A DNA stretch of 64,000 bases from Bugula neritina (lineage: Eukaryota; Animalia; Bryozoa): positions 242 through 64,241 of the forward strand of contig CAXIUT010000134.1 in NCBI GenBank assembly GCA_964035545.1, written 5' to 3'. The notes beneath the pieces were generated by a model. The model ran no database searches and was not told where the DNA came from. It was given only the letters and a program-made list of their open reading frames with translations. Of this stretch, positions 48,214 through 58,481 are shown one piece after another (the first letter of the stretch is position 1; the number at the start of each line of letters is the position of its first letter). The position numbers were made by a program, and so were the translations under genes.

Positions 48214-51200
48214 ACCATTGGAAATGAAGATCATTTCTTTTTAGTCTGTTTGCTAACCACTAATAGACTATCAAAAGAACTATGAAACTAGAGGAAAACA
48301 AAATAATGTTGTACAAATTTGAAGCTCAGAAAGTGTGGGTAGGTGTTAAATGCTATGAAAAACCTAAAATCTCCAGTATCTACTTGAGCAGATGTCTAAT
48401 CTGTAGTGAGCACCATTGTAGTACGTAATCTATTGTTTTGTGTTCACTAAGTTTAAATTCCGATTAACTATTCCAGAGGCTATCGCAAAATGCTGCTCTC
48501 TGATGTAATGCTGAAGAGGCAACCATGCATTAAAACCAGCTGAACATATGTAGGAATAGACACATATTTTCATGTGATGTTAGTTGAACAATTATTCAGT
48601 GTAGGTTTTGAATTATTTGAGTTCAATGCTGTAAATGTATCATGTTATGTTTCATGTATTATTTTTAGTCACTTGTTAATTTTGCATCAAATAACTTTAC
48701 AAAAATAGTAGTAAATTATTATAATGGTACGCAATATCGTTAAAATGCTACAGTAGCAAGTGGCAGAGACTCGGCATGTATAGCTAATTTTGATATTGCT
48801 AGGTCTCTCTCTGCCTCCCCCCCCCCTCTCTCTAGGCCTCCCCTATTTCTTTCTTCATCTTTCAATTGAGAGTAAAGCAGCTGTCTTGGTCACCAACTAT
48901 TTCCCATTCTGTACACTTGGCCTAACCATCTCAGACTCTGCAAAACTTGTTGGTCATATTGCCAGAAACTTAAAAATCTGTTTCAATGTAGAAAGCAGAC
49001 CTGGCAGCCATTGGTTCATTGTTTATAGTTTGATAAAGGGCTTCATAGCTTGTTGATAATTGTTTTGACCCTAAAGGTGGCTAATTCATATTTAATGTTG
49101 GCTGATCTTGTTTGTATTTTCCCAAAACTTCATAATTCATATTTGGTATTTTTGATTGTCATTTTAATGGTTAGTGTATAATATTCTCATGTACTATTAT
49201 TTCTTTTTAGTGTTGAAGGAAAGTTGCCCGATCCATCTTTCACCAGGAAAACTAAGAGCTCCGATATTTGAATTATAGCATAGAAGAGGTTAGCACAAGG
49301 GTTTTCTACACCAGTTCAGGTAAACTGGCTACATGATAATGGTGCAAGGTTTTAAACTTACTATCATTCCATTTTGATTTTGCATTATGGGAATGGATGC
49401 TCATACATATGGACTTGTGCTTGTGGTTTGCATTTACTTATGGTTGGGGTCTCATCTTTCCAAACATATTTTAATGAAAAATCAATTTGGAAATGCAATG
49501 CTTGGTAACTTAGTGTATAACATCAATCATATTTAGTGAAAATACTTAGTTTTTTCACATCTGCTCCAGTTTAACAATATGCTGCTGTGATAGACTTTTT
49601 AGTACAGGTCTGAAATCACCTATATAACCCCATTGAAAATGTAAATTAGCATTTGGAAATGAATTATTCTTTTAATAATGTGTCACAAGCAGCCAATTAT
49701 ATACATTATTTTCGCTTTCTGTAAGCGTTTTATTAGGTGTTGCATTTTTGGTGTTTTAGGATTTGAGATTGACTTCAAAACTCCAATTTGCAACATTTTA
49801 GGAATGTCATGTCTAAATATTTATTTGTTAGGTTTACCAGGAACGTACCAGATCATTTCTAGGGGTTATTTAGTGCAATTCTGCATTTAGATCATGTAAA
49901 CATCCACTCAAGTTAGTGCATTGACAAATTCACAATAGTGGTAAAAACCAGGTTCATATTACGTTGTCATTATGTTGCAGCAAGTAACCTCTGATGTAAA
50001 TTTATGTTTACAACCTATCAATATGCTCTGACCTACAGTCTTTATTGCCATTCAAGGTGTTCCTCACTGCTGGTCAACCCCATTAACCCCCAACTTACTG
50101 CCTACATAGAAGACTGTCTACTCTCCCTTCATTGTACATAGCTCATACAATAATTTGGATATTTGCTTTTGCAGATTCATTACATAAAATACCAGCCATT
50201 GTGCTAAAAAGTAAAGTTTTGTTGTAGTCTCATCTACTAGTACTCATAGTTCTACCACAAGTGTTATGTTTTTTATGAAATTTTTGTTTTGAGGTTTTTC
50301 AGTTTCACTAATTACTGCTTTAATGGTCATTGTCAATCGATTTCTGGTATAGAAACAAGTTGTTTCAGAAAAGCTGTACATATAAATTCTTAATTCCCCA
50401 TGTTATTTTTATTATTGTAGATATCTTGGTCTGCCTCCCAGTTTGCTCCTGATAAGTGGTGAAGAAATCGGCTGATATGTAGATGCATTAGTGGAGAAAT
50501 TGAGATAGACTAAGGTCTTTAATTTTCCTAATTATCGCAATAACATAACTTTTCTTGCTAAGTTTATAACCTGTATAATACATGTTTTTCTCAATTTTCA
50601 TATCACTTCACTTGCCTCAGGAAATGACACTAACTTTGAACCTAAGCATTCTAAGTGCTTGAATCTTTCACAGCAAATAATTATTATACAAATTATTCTC
50701 AGTCACTGAATAAAGGATTTGTGAGATTCATGCTGATTGTCTTATTTAATACTTCTCTATTGCTCTTATAAAAATTACAGCTTTTAATTGTTGAAATATT
50801 TACAGTTAATAATTAAAGGGGTGAGCCCATCATCCGTTGTTTAGCCTCAGCATCATAACTCTATAGAGGCTGCTAATTCACTGAATACCAGGTTATTCTA
50901 GTTTATGTTTACATAACTGGTATGACCATATCTTAGTTTAATATATGCAGCTTGAATTTTTTAAAGTCGAAGAGCTATAATAAAGTTCTAGCTAAGATTT
51001 TATAGTTCAAAGCATAATGAATATACTGATATTATAAACTGCTGGCTCAGCCACTTGCCCAGTTTACATGTTGGTAACCCACTGCAGCATGAACTCTGAC
51101 GCTAATGTGCTTTGACATTTTAGTTTATAAAACATTGATTTGTGATGTACATTTTGATGTGCACTTGCAGAAATTGAGGAGCTGTTGATAAAGGTTGATC

Positions 51201-51420
51201 AATGCTTGGCCAGCCATAATATAATTGCTGTATGAAGATATACTAGTTCTCCCAGTTATAGCATGTACATACTTACTAGTAATAAGTGAATTTCCAGACA
51301 ACCTATTTAATGAAGCAACCGCAAATGATAATAGCAGCAACAAGTGTTGGTAATAAAATCTGAATAGGAATTGCACATAGCTGTTAATTAGTTCACACAA
51401 TGCTCTTATCACTTGAGTAA
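48214..51420 (+). pseudogene. Possible further decayed exons of the same transposase gene
   Basis: Exon-like AG/GT-bounded segments with in-frame stops: ~48214 (TIGNEDH...), 49211-49319, ~49832-49911, 50421-50514 (YLGLPPSLLLISGEEIG*YVDALVEKLR*TK) and ~51167-51290 (AEIEELLIKVDQCLASHNIIAV*RYTSSPSY). No recognisable KDZ catalytic core was found. Confidence 0.35.
50749..50890 (+). repeat. ~140-bp inverted repeat arm pairing with 54363-54506
   Basis: ATACTTCTCTATTGCTCTTATAAAAATTACAGC...GCTAATTCACTGAATACCA is the near reverse complement of TGGTATTTAGTGAATTAGC...GCTGTAATTTTTATAAGAGCAATAGAGAAGTAT. Confidence 0.92.
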
Positions 51421-52233
51421 CACAAACAAGTAGCCCATGCCAGCAACTGCTAGTAGGTTTCAGAACATAAATTTGCTATAGTGGATGGCTTTGGAATGAT
51501 GAAAGTCATGAATACTCGAAGTGCTACAGTGATCAGCTTACAATTATGAAAGTTTGCACATAATATGATATCTAATTCCTATTTTAATGATGAAATTCAA
51601 ACTTGACATTCCTTGATATGTTTTCTCTAATATCTTTCTTTGTTTTTCGAAATTATGTTTATGCTCTTCACAATTTGGTCAAAACGTACACCATTTTTCA
51701 AGTTTCACTGCAATTATCTAAATTCTTCATATAGTGGTTCTAGTTACGCTCCTGTGACTAATTATAACGTTCCTAGTACGTTTGCTGCTCTGTGCGCTAT
51801 CACAATAACATATAGTACCCTCTCGCACAAATTGGCAATATATTGGATATCTGCCAATGTAATGTACCCTATTTTACATTAGCAGTTAGTTGCATCTTCT
51901 CACCATGTTACAATCTGTTGAAAATGCCTCAGCAAAACATAGTTCTTCGTTTGTTTGGCAGAGTTAATTTCAGCTAAATCACCTCACTTCACTTTGCAGT
52001 CTTGTCAGTAAAGGTCTGTCTATAGTGCAGCAGGTGCACTTTCAGTTTCTCTAACTCACATGTAATTCATTTATGTACATTGTATTCCATAAAATCAATT
52101 TAAGGTTTAGCCCATGCAGTGTTCAGTAACTAATTAGTATGCATGTATGTTGTCCTCCTGTTGAATAATAATATTTCAAAATAGCCATATTTATTATGCA
52201 TGAGTAGGATTTGCATAAGTTGACAAAAAAATT

Positions 52234-52308
52234 TGCCACAGAGTAGGGTTGAACCACCACCAACAAACACATCACTGGCGCCTTTAACCTCTGGACCACA
52301 CAGCCATC
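52234..52308 (-). pseudogene. tRNA-derived sequence (tRNA pseudogene or SINE head), left-arm copy
   Basis: Minus strand reads GATGGCTGTGTGGTCCAGAGGTTAAAGGCG...GGTGGTTCAACCCTAC, with A-box- and B-box-like motifs followed by a T run. Confidence 0.55.
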
Positions 52309-52559
52309 ATGAATAGTATGAGCACTATATTAGAAACTATCATTACATAAATATTTGGAGCCTCAAAATATGGGTTTTAATTATTAGGCTGTCAATTAAT
52401 GTTGACTATAGCAGTGGCTAGCTATTTTCATAAACTGTTGCAATAGTCTCGGGTTACTAGCAAAGCTAATGGTTTTGAACAAATAACCCAAAAGTTAAAA
52501 AATAAGTATAGCTTGCATATTACTAGCTACAAAAACAGGTCTGAAATAGACTGGTAAAG

Positions 52560-52671
52560 CATGCTCTTGCCTATTATTGTAGAGTTTGCAGATGTGCTCC
52601 AAAATAAAACTTGAACATGCTCTTGCCTATTATTGTAGAGTTTGCAGATGTGCTCCAAAATAAAACTTGAA
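52560..52671 (+). repeat. Perfect 56-bp tandem duplication
   Basis: CATGCTCTTGCCTATTATTGTAGAGTTTGCAGATGTGCTCCAAAATAAAACTTGAA at 52560 and 52616. Confidence 0.97.
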
Positions 52672-54306
52672 CTGTATGTTATTACATAAGTATTTGTATG
52701 CAAAAGAGTGATGGACAAAACTGAGTTTTTGGAAAACAACATACTTGAAGTAAACTTTGACAATGGTGTGTTTTTTCTTCATAGACTAGCACAGTTATAG
52801 GGCCTATAGCATAACTCTCTAATCATATGAATGTTTATGAAGCCCACAGCTCCTGTAAGGGTGGCATTGTAATTTGAAACTAAAAATTATGTTGCTGCAT
52901 TGTGTTTAAGGTATATTATGGAGCAAAATTTGGTGTTGGTAGCCTACCCCAACTGGCAGTTGTATATAATAAGTACTGATAATAGCAAGGTTAGTATGAC
53001 CACGTGCTGGCTCTCTGCAGTGTGTATATAACTAACCTCTTGAATAATTGCGCCAATTTTAAACTCTTGGAAGTTGGCCAAGTTAACAGATCACAGCCAG
53101 CCACAGGAGACAAAGCATTACAGCTAGCCATATATTATATACTGATGCACTTGGTAGCAGAGTGGCTAATCTAATATAGTTCATATTTCAACACCCTTTA
53201 CTTTGGGAATACAGCCTCTTTTTTTAGGTTTACCTAACAAACTATGAAAATATTTAAACTAATATTCTGATAATTTAGAGGTACATTTTAAAAACTAGGT
53301 TAATTGCACTTGTTTGCGCAACAACAATAATAAAATATATATTATGCGCAATATGATAAAAAACACATGATACTATATTATAATATATTATAATGATAAT
53401 AATATATTATTATAGGTACCATTACTGTATTTAATAACTCTGATGGTTGCCAAAAAAATGTATCACACCAATTCTGTAATTACATCAAAGATTATGATAA
53501 GAAAATAGAACTAGCTAGGCAGCAGGTTGGAATATAGAGTATCAGTGGAACATTGTTCATATAGAACGTAAAGCACCTGGCAAACAGCCAGAAACTGAAA
53601 AGCACGACCTCAAACTAACTGTGAATTAAATTGATCAACATAAGCTTTGAGCTAGAATGCTGTTAAAATTCATATACAAACTGCAATAAAAAGGATTGAA
53701 TGGCCAGTTGAGATAATTTCATGCTTTGAATATATATTATATTCTAATTGTCACCATTTAGGTGCATGCAGTAACTATATAAATAATAAAACTGAGCTTG
53801 CCTAATAAGTTCTAGTTTACGTTGCTCATATAAATTCTTGTGAAAACATAAACTCTTTTGCTACGTTTCAACATGAACATAATATGTTCATGTATATGTT
53901 CTAGTATATTATACTAGAACACTAGAATACTCGAACATGCTTTATCTGTTAACTTTGAAATTGCAGTAACCATCAGTCAAAAAATGCATCTATAGCAGTT
54001 CAAGGAAAAAAGTTTTAAAAATAATAAATCATGCTTATATTGTATTAGATTATTTATTAATATATTATATATATGTATATAGACGTGTGTGTGCGCGTGT
54101 ATCTATAAGGACCTATAACAATAATAAACATATAGAAAACACAAAGCCAAAATTGTCTTCTTTCAATGATATATTTTTAATGATGCTGAGGAAGAAGTTG
54201 ATAATGCAACTCCTAAAAGCATATGTTGCTCAATGTTTTTTTTTGTATCTGCCGCCAATACTTGTATGTGGTTGCCAACATGTATTTTAAGTTAAATCTT
54301 TGCAAA

Positions 54307-54418
54307 TGTTGTTTAGCCTCAGCATATTACAACTCTATTATAGGGGCAGCTAATTCTCTAAATGGTATTTAGTGAATTAGCAGCCTTTATAGAGTTGTGA
54401 TGCTGAGGCTAAACAACA
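54307..54418. repeat. ~112-bp imperfect hairpin palindrome
   Basis: TGTTGTTTAGCCTCAGCAT...GCTAATTCTCTAAAT-GGT-ATTTAGTGAATTAGC...ATGCTGAGGCTAAACAACA. Confidence 0.92.
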
Positions 54419-56155
54419 GATGGTGGGCTCGCCCCTTTAATTATTAACTGTAAATATTTCAACAATTGAATAAGCTGTAATTTTTATAAGAGCAATAGAG
54501 AAGTATAATATATGCTTGCTCATGTTTATGTTCACGCATGCGTGTGGATGTCTGTGCAAGAACACAACATGCACAGTTAGTTTAAGGTCACACTTTTCAT
54601 TTTCTGGCTCTTTGCCAGGTGCTTTATGTTCTATATGAACAATGTTCCACTGATAGCTCGAACAGGTTGAATGTCACAGGAACAAAAAAAATATGAAAAG
54701 ATAAAGAAACTTATGTTCTCCAATATACTTTTTTATTTTTTTCAAAAGCCAATTCATGTTTAAGTTATAGCTTGTTGAAAAACATAGTCCCCCTTCCACA
54801 TTCTTTTCAATTTATACGCTCCTGACTTGTTATTGTGTCTCAATATGCCTTGTATTTGAGTGCTTGTTAGTCTCGCTTCACTAACTTTGCCTATACTTCA
54901 CAAGTGCCAGTGCTGCTGGCTCAAAAGCTAAATGTTATAAACTGTCAGCTAAAACCCAATCTTGTATTCCTAGGTTGGTTGGCCTAAATAAAACAATAGT
55001 CAAATCATGATTTCATGTTTTAAAAATTTACTCTATTCTAACCTGCTGCCTAGCTATAGTTCTATTTTTGATGTATAATTACAAAATTTGTGATACATTT
55101 TTTTGGCAACCATGTGATTTATAAAATGCAGTAATGGTACTTATAATATTATATTATTATCATTATAATATATTATATAGTATTATGTGTGTTTTTATTA
55201 TACTGCATAATATCTATTTTATTATTGTTGTTGTGCAAACAAGTGCAATTAACCTAGTTTTCAAAATGTACCTCTAAATTATCAGAATATCAGTTTAGAT
55301 ATGTTCATGCTTTGTAAGGTAAACCTAAAAAAAGAGGCTGTATTCCCAAAGTAAAGGGTGTTGAACTATGAACTATATTAGATTAGCCACTCTGCTACCA
55401 AGTGCATCAGTATAATATTATATGAATAGCTCTGATGCTTTGTCTCCGGTGGCTGGCTGCGATATGATAACTTGGCCAACTTCCAAGAGTTTAAAATTGG
55501 CGCAATTATTCAAGAGGTTACATACTGCACAGAGCTAGCAGTGATAGTAACCTTGCTATCGGCTGTACTTATTACAACTGCCAGCATATAAGCTGCATTG
55601 TAGAATGCCGTTGGGGTAGGCTAGTAAAACCAAATTCTGCTCTCTAATATACCTTAGACACAATGCAGCAACATAATTGTTCGTTTCAAATTACATTGCC
55701 ACCCTTACATGAGCTGTGGGCTTCATAAAGATTCATATGATTAGAGATTTATGCTATAGGCTAGCTATGATGAAAAGAAAACACCATTGTCAAAGTTAAC
55801 TTCAAGTATGTTGTTTTCCAGAAACTCAGTAATGTCCATTTATATCTCTCGCATACAAATACTTATGTAATAGCATACAGTTTAAGTTTTATTTTAGAGC
55901 ACATCTGCAAACTCTACAATAAGAGCTTGCTTTACCAGTCTATTTCAGACCTGTTTTTGTAGTTAGTAATACGCAAGCTACTTATTTTTAAACTTTTGGG
56001 TTATTTGTTCAAAACCATTAGCTTTGCTAGTAACCCGAGACTATTGCAACAGTTGACTGCTATCAACATGAATTGACAGCCTAATAATTATAACCCATTT
56101 GCACGCAAAATATTTATGTACTCATAGTTACTCATATAGTTGGCAATTTATTAAC

Positions 56156-56239
56156 GATGACTGCGTGGTCCAGAGGTTAAAGGCGTCAGCGAGAAGCTGG
56201 TTGGTCATGGTTCAATCCTATTATGCTGCATTTTTTTTT
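56156..56239 (+). pseudogene. tRNA-derived sequence (tRNA pseudogene or SINE head), right-arm copy with oligo-T
   Basis: TGGTCCAGAGGTTAAAGGCG (A box, resembling the Ser/Leu D-arm TGGCCGAGTGGTTAAGGCG), stem TCAGC-GAGAA-GCTGG, GGTTCAATCC (B box), then T9 at 56231-56239. Acceptor stem and anticodon loop are non-canonical. Confidence 0.6.
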
Positions 56240-58473
56240 GTCAATTTATGCAAATCCTACGCATGTATAATAAATATGGCTATAATTGTAAAGTTTTTTT
56301 TAACTTTTGTTCAACAGTAAGACAACATACATGCATAATACTTAGCTACTGAACACTGGGCTAAACTTTAAATTGATCTTATAGAATACAATGTACTTAA
56401 AATAATCATATGTGAATTAGAGAAACTGGAAGTACAACTGCTGCACTATAGACAGACCTTTACTGACAAGACTGCAAAGTGAAGTGATTTAGCTGAAGAA
56501 ATTAACTCTGCCAAACAAACAAAGAATTATGTTGTGCTGAGGCATTGTCAATAGATTGTAACATAGTGAGATGATTCAGCTAAGTGCTAATGTAAAACAG
56601 GGAACATTATATTGGCAGAAATCCAATAGATTGCCAATTTGTGCGAGAGGGTACTATATGTTATTGTGATAGCGCAGAGCGGCAAACGTACTAGGAATGT
56701 TATAATTAGTCACAGGAGCGTAGCTAGAACCACCATATGAAGAATTTAGATAATTGCAGTGAAACTTGCAAAATGGTGTATGTTTTTACCAAATTGTGAA
56801 GAGCATAAACAGAATTTCAAAAAACAAAGAAAGTATATTAGAGAAAACATATTAAGGAATGTCAAGTTTAACTTTTAGACTTTATAAAATGAATCCCCTG
56901 TGCTACAGCAGTGGAACATGGAGGGTGTAAAATTTTACTTATTATGCAACAACGTTCTCAGAAAATTTTTTATTGAAAAATTAAAAAAGTATATGAAAGA
57001 GGAATGCAAGAGCTATCTTTTCATGTAAAATTTGTTAATGTGAGACAAAAACTGTTCGAGCTATCCCCTGGAAACCGTTTATATATAACATAAAGCAGTG
57101 CCTGAATGTGGAAAGTAATGACCTTAAACTAACTGTGTGGCACATACTGAGATCGATATGTGCCATGAATTGTGTTAGTTTATATGCATGGCGTATGGCA
57201 TGGCGACATAGTCACAAGAGTTTGTTATGCAAGTGCAGGCTAAAAAATAATATTCTATATAATAAAAAAGTGTTATAAGTTATTTTATTGCAAATAAATG
57301 GTATGTGATAATAAATTGCATAGCATAGCAAAAAATGCTGCACATGTATAGTTACCACTAATCAAAAATATTAAATTATATTCATATATTTTAAATAGCA
57401 TGCATGAATGCAAGATTTTAACTCAAATGTGAAACAAATTTTACTATAGTGTTGTATTTCAATGGGTTACAGATATTTACTAAAATGTCAAAAATTATAG
57501 GTCGACTCAATTTTCATCTGTGCCATTTGCTCATTTTCTAAATTCTACGTAATAATTTATATGTGCATCTATAGGTGTGAAATAGAATGGTTACATGTGC
57601 CTGTACAACTGGTAAAAGTATAGTAAAACAAGAAAAGAATTAATGTTTACAAGCAAATAAATTACTATTGAAATTCAATTTTGGGCATTATAAAGCTTTC
57701 CATATGCAATATTGTTTTACATTTATTCATATGCCAAAAATTATTTATATATATATATTTCTTAAAATTATATTTTCTCTCATCAGCTTGAAAATTGTTT
57801 TTTTATATAAAAGAGTTTGAGAGTTTATATTAATAAACCAAAAACTGTTATAACATTTTAATTTTTTACAAGAGTGTATGAATTATGGTGGCATTCAGTC
57901 TGCAAAACTATTATTTAATGAGAAGACAATTATGTTTTAATCATGCAGATAGATTCAAGGAGTTATAAACATATATGAATTGAAATAGAGTGAGAAGACA
58001 ATTATGCTTCAAGTAAAACTATAAGACCAAGTTCCTATCCAATAGATACAGTGATATGAGCCTTTCTCTAGAACAAAGTCTAAAAGGAGTGGATTTATAT
58101 CAAAAAGTCAGACCTGCATCTATTAAGATTTTTCATTCAAAAGTGATAAATTTTGTTAATTTTTATTCATAACTCATAGCTTTTGAAATATTTTGGAAGA
58201 AAATATTTTTTCAAAATACAGTTACTGCTAAGAATATCTGTATTGATATCACCCCTAACTTTATCCACCACTTGTTCTAATTGCTATAATCATCACCTAG
58301 CCAATGAAATTAAACTGGCTGTAGCTACAGCCAATCAATTACTCATAACGATTGCGCCTCGTTAGGCGAACATTGATGACCATTTCTATATAACTCAATA
58401 CAAAGCCCATTACCACTGATTGACCCGAAGTTCTCTACGACTTCTATAGTGGTATAGGATAATAGATATACTG

Positions 58474-58481
58474 ATTAGAAT
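58474..58481 (+). repeat. Right target-site duplication ATTAGAAT
   Basis: Identical to 38386-38393. Confidence 0.9.

Larger units (their letters stand above)
51599..56869. repeat. Large inverted repeat / foldback: left arm 51599-53623, right arm 54572-54655 plus 55029-56869, spacer ~950 bp
   Basis: AAACTTGACATTCCTT at 51599 mirrors AAGGAATGTCAAGTTT ending at 56869. The arms are collinear throughout (e.g. AAACTCTTGGAAGTTGGCCAAGTT vs AACTTGGCCAACTTCCAAGAGTTT) with scattered substitutions and indels. The right arm has ~375 bp of extra sequence. No clear TSD. Confidence 0.95.
38394..58473 (+). mobile_element. 20,080-bp cut-and-paste DNA transposon, probably non-autonomous KDZ/Zisupton-like
   Basis: Exact 8-bp direct repeat ATTAGAAT at 38386-38393 and 58474-58481. 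Left end CAGTGCATC matches the reverse complement of the right end CAGTATATC at 7/9. Removing the insert plus one 8-mer restores the satellite variant order. Contains a CxC3-like KDZ transposase pseudogene. The insertion itself is near-certain; the superfamily call is less so, because hAT elements also make 8-bp TSDs with CAG ends. Confidence 0.85.

Noticed and set aside
56156-56230. Functional tRNA gene
   Set aside because: 5-nt anticodon loop and no proper acceptor stem; kept only as a tRNA-derived relic.
48790-58365. Short ORFs at 48790, 49678, 51125, 51640, 52527, 54087, 56099 and 58183
   Set aside because: All are 60-95 aa with no motifs, several have non-ATG starts, and those in the foldback are not preserved in the opposite arm.
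38394-58473. Polinton/Maverick or LTR retroelement (size ~20 kb)
   Set aside because: No long TIRs or LTRs, TSD is 8 bp rather than 4-6 bp, and no polB, integrase, capsid or gag-pol ORFs.
38394-58473. hAT transposon
   Set aside because: CAG ends and an 8-bp TSD are compatible, but no BED-finger or hAT dimerisation remnants were seen, whereas a CxC3-like relic is present. Disfavoured, not excluded.
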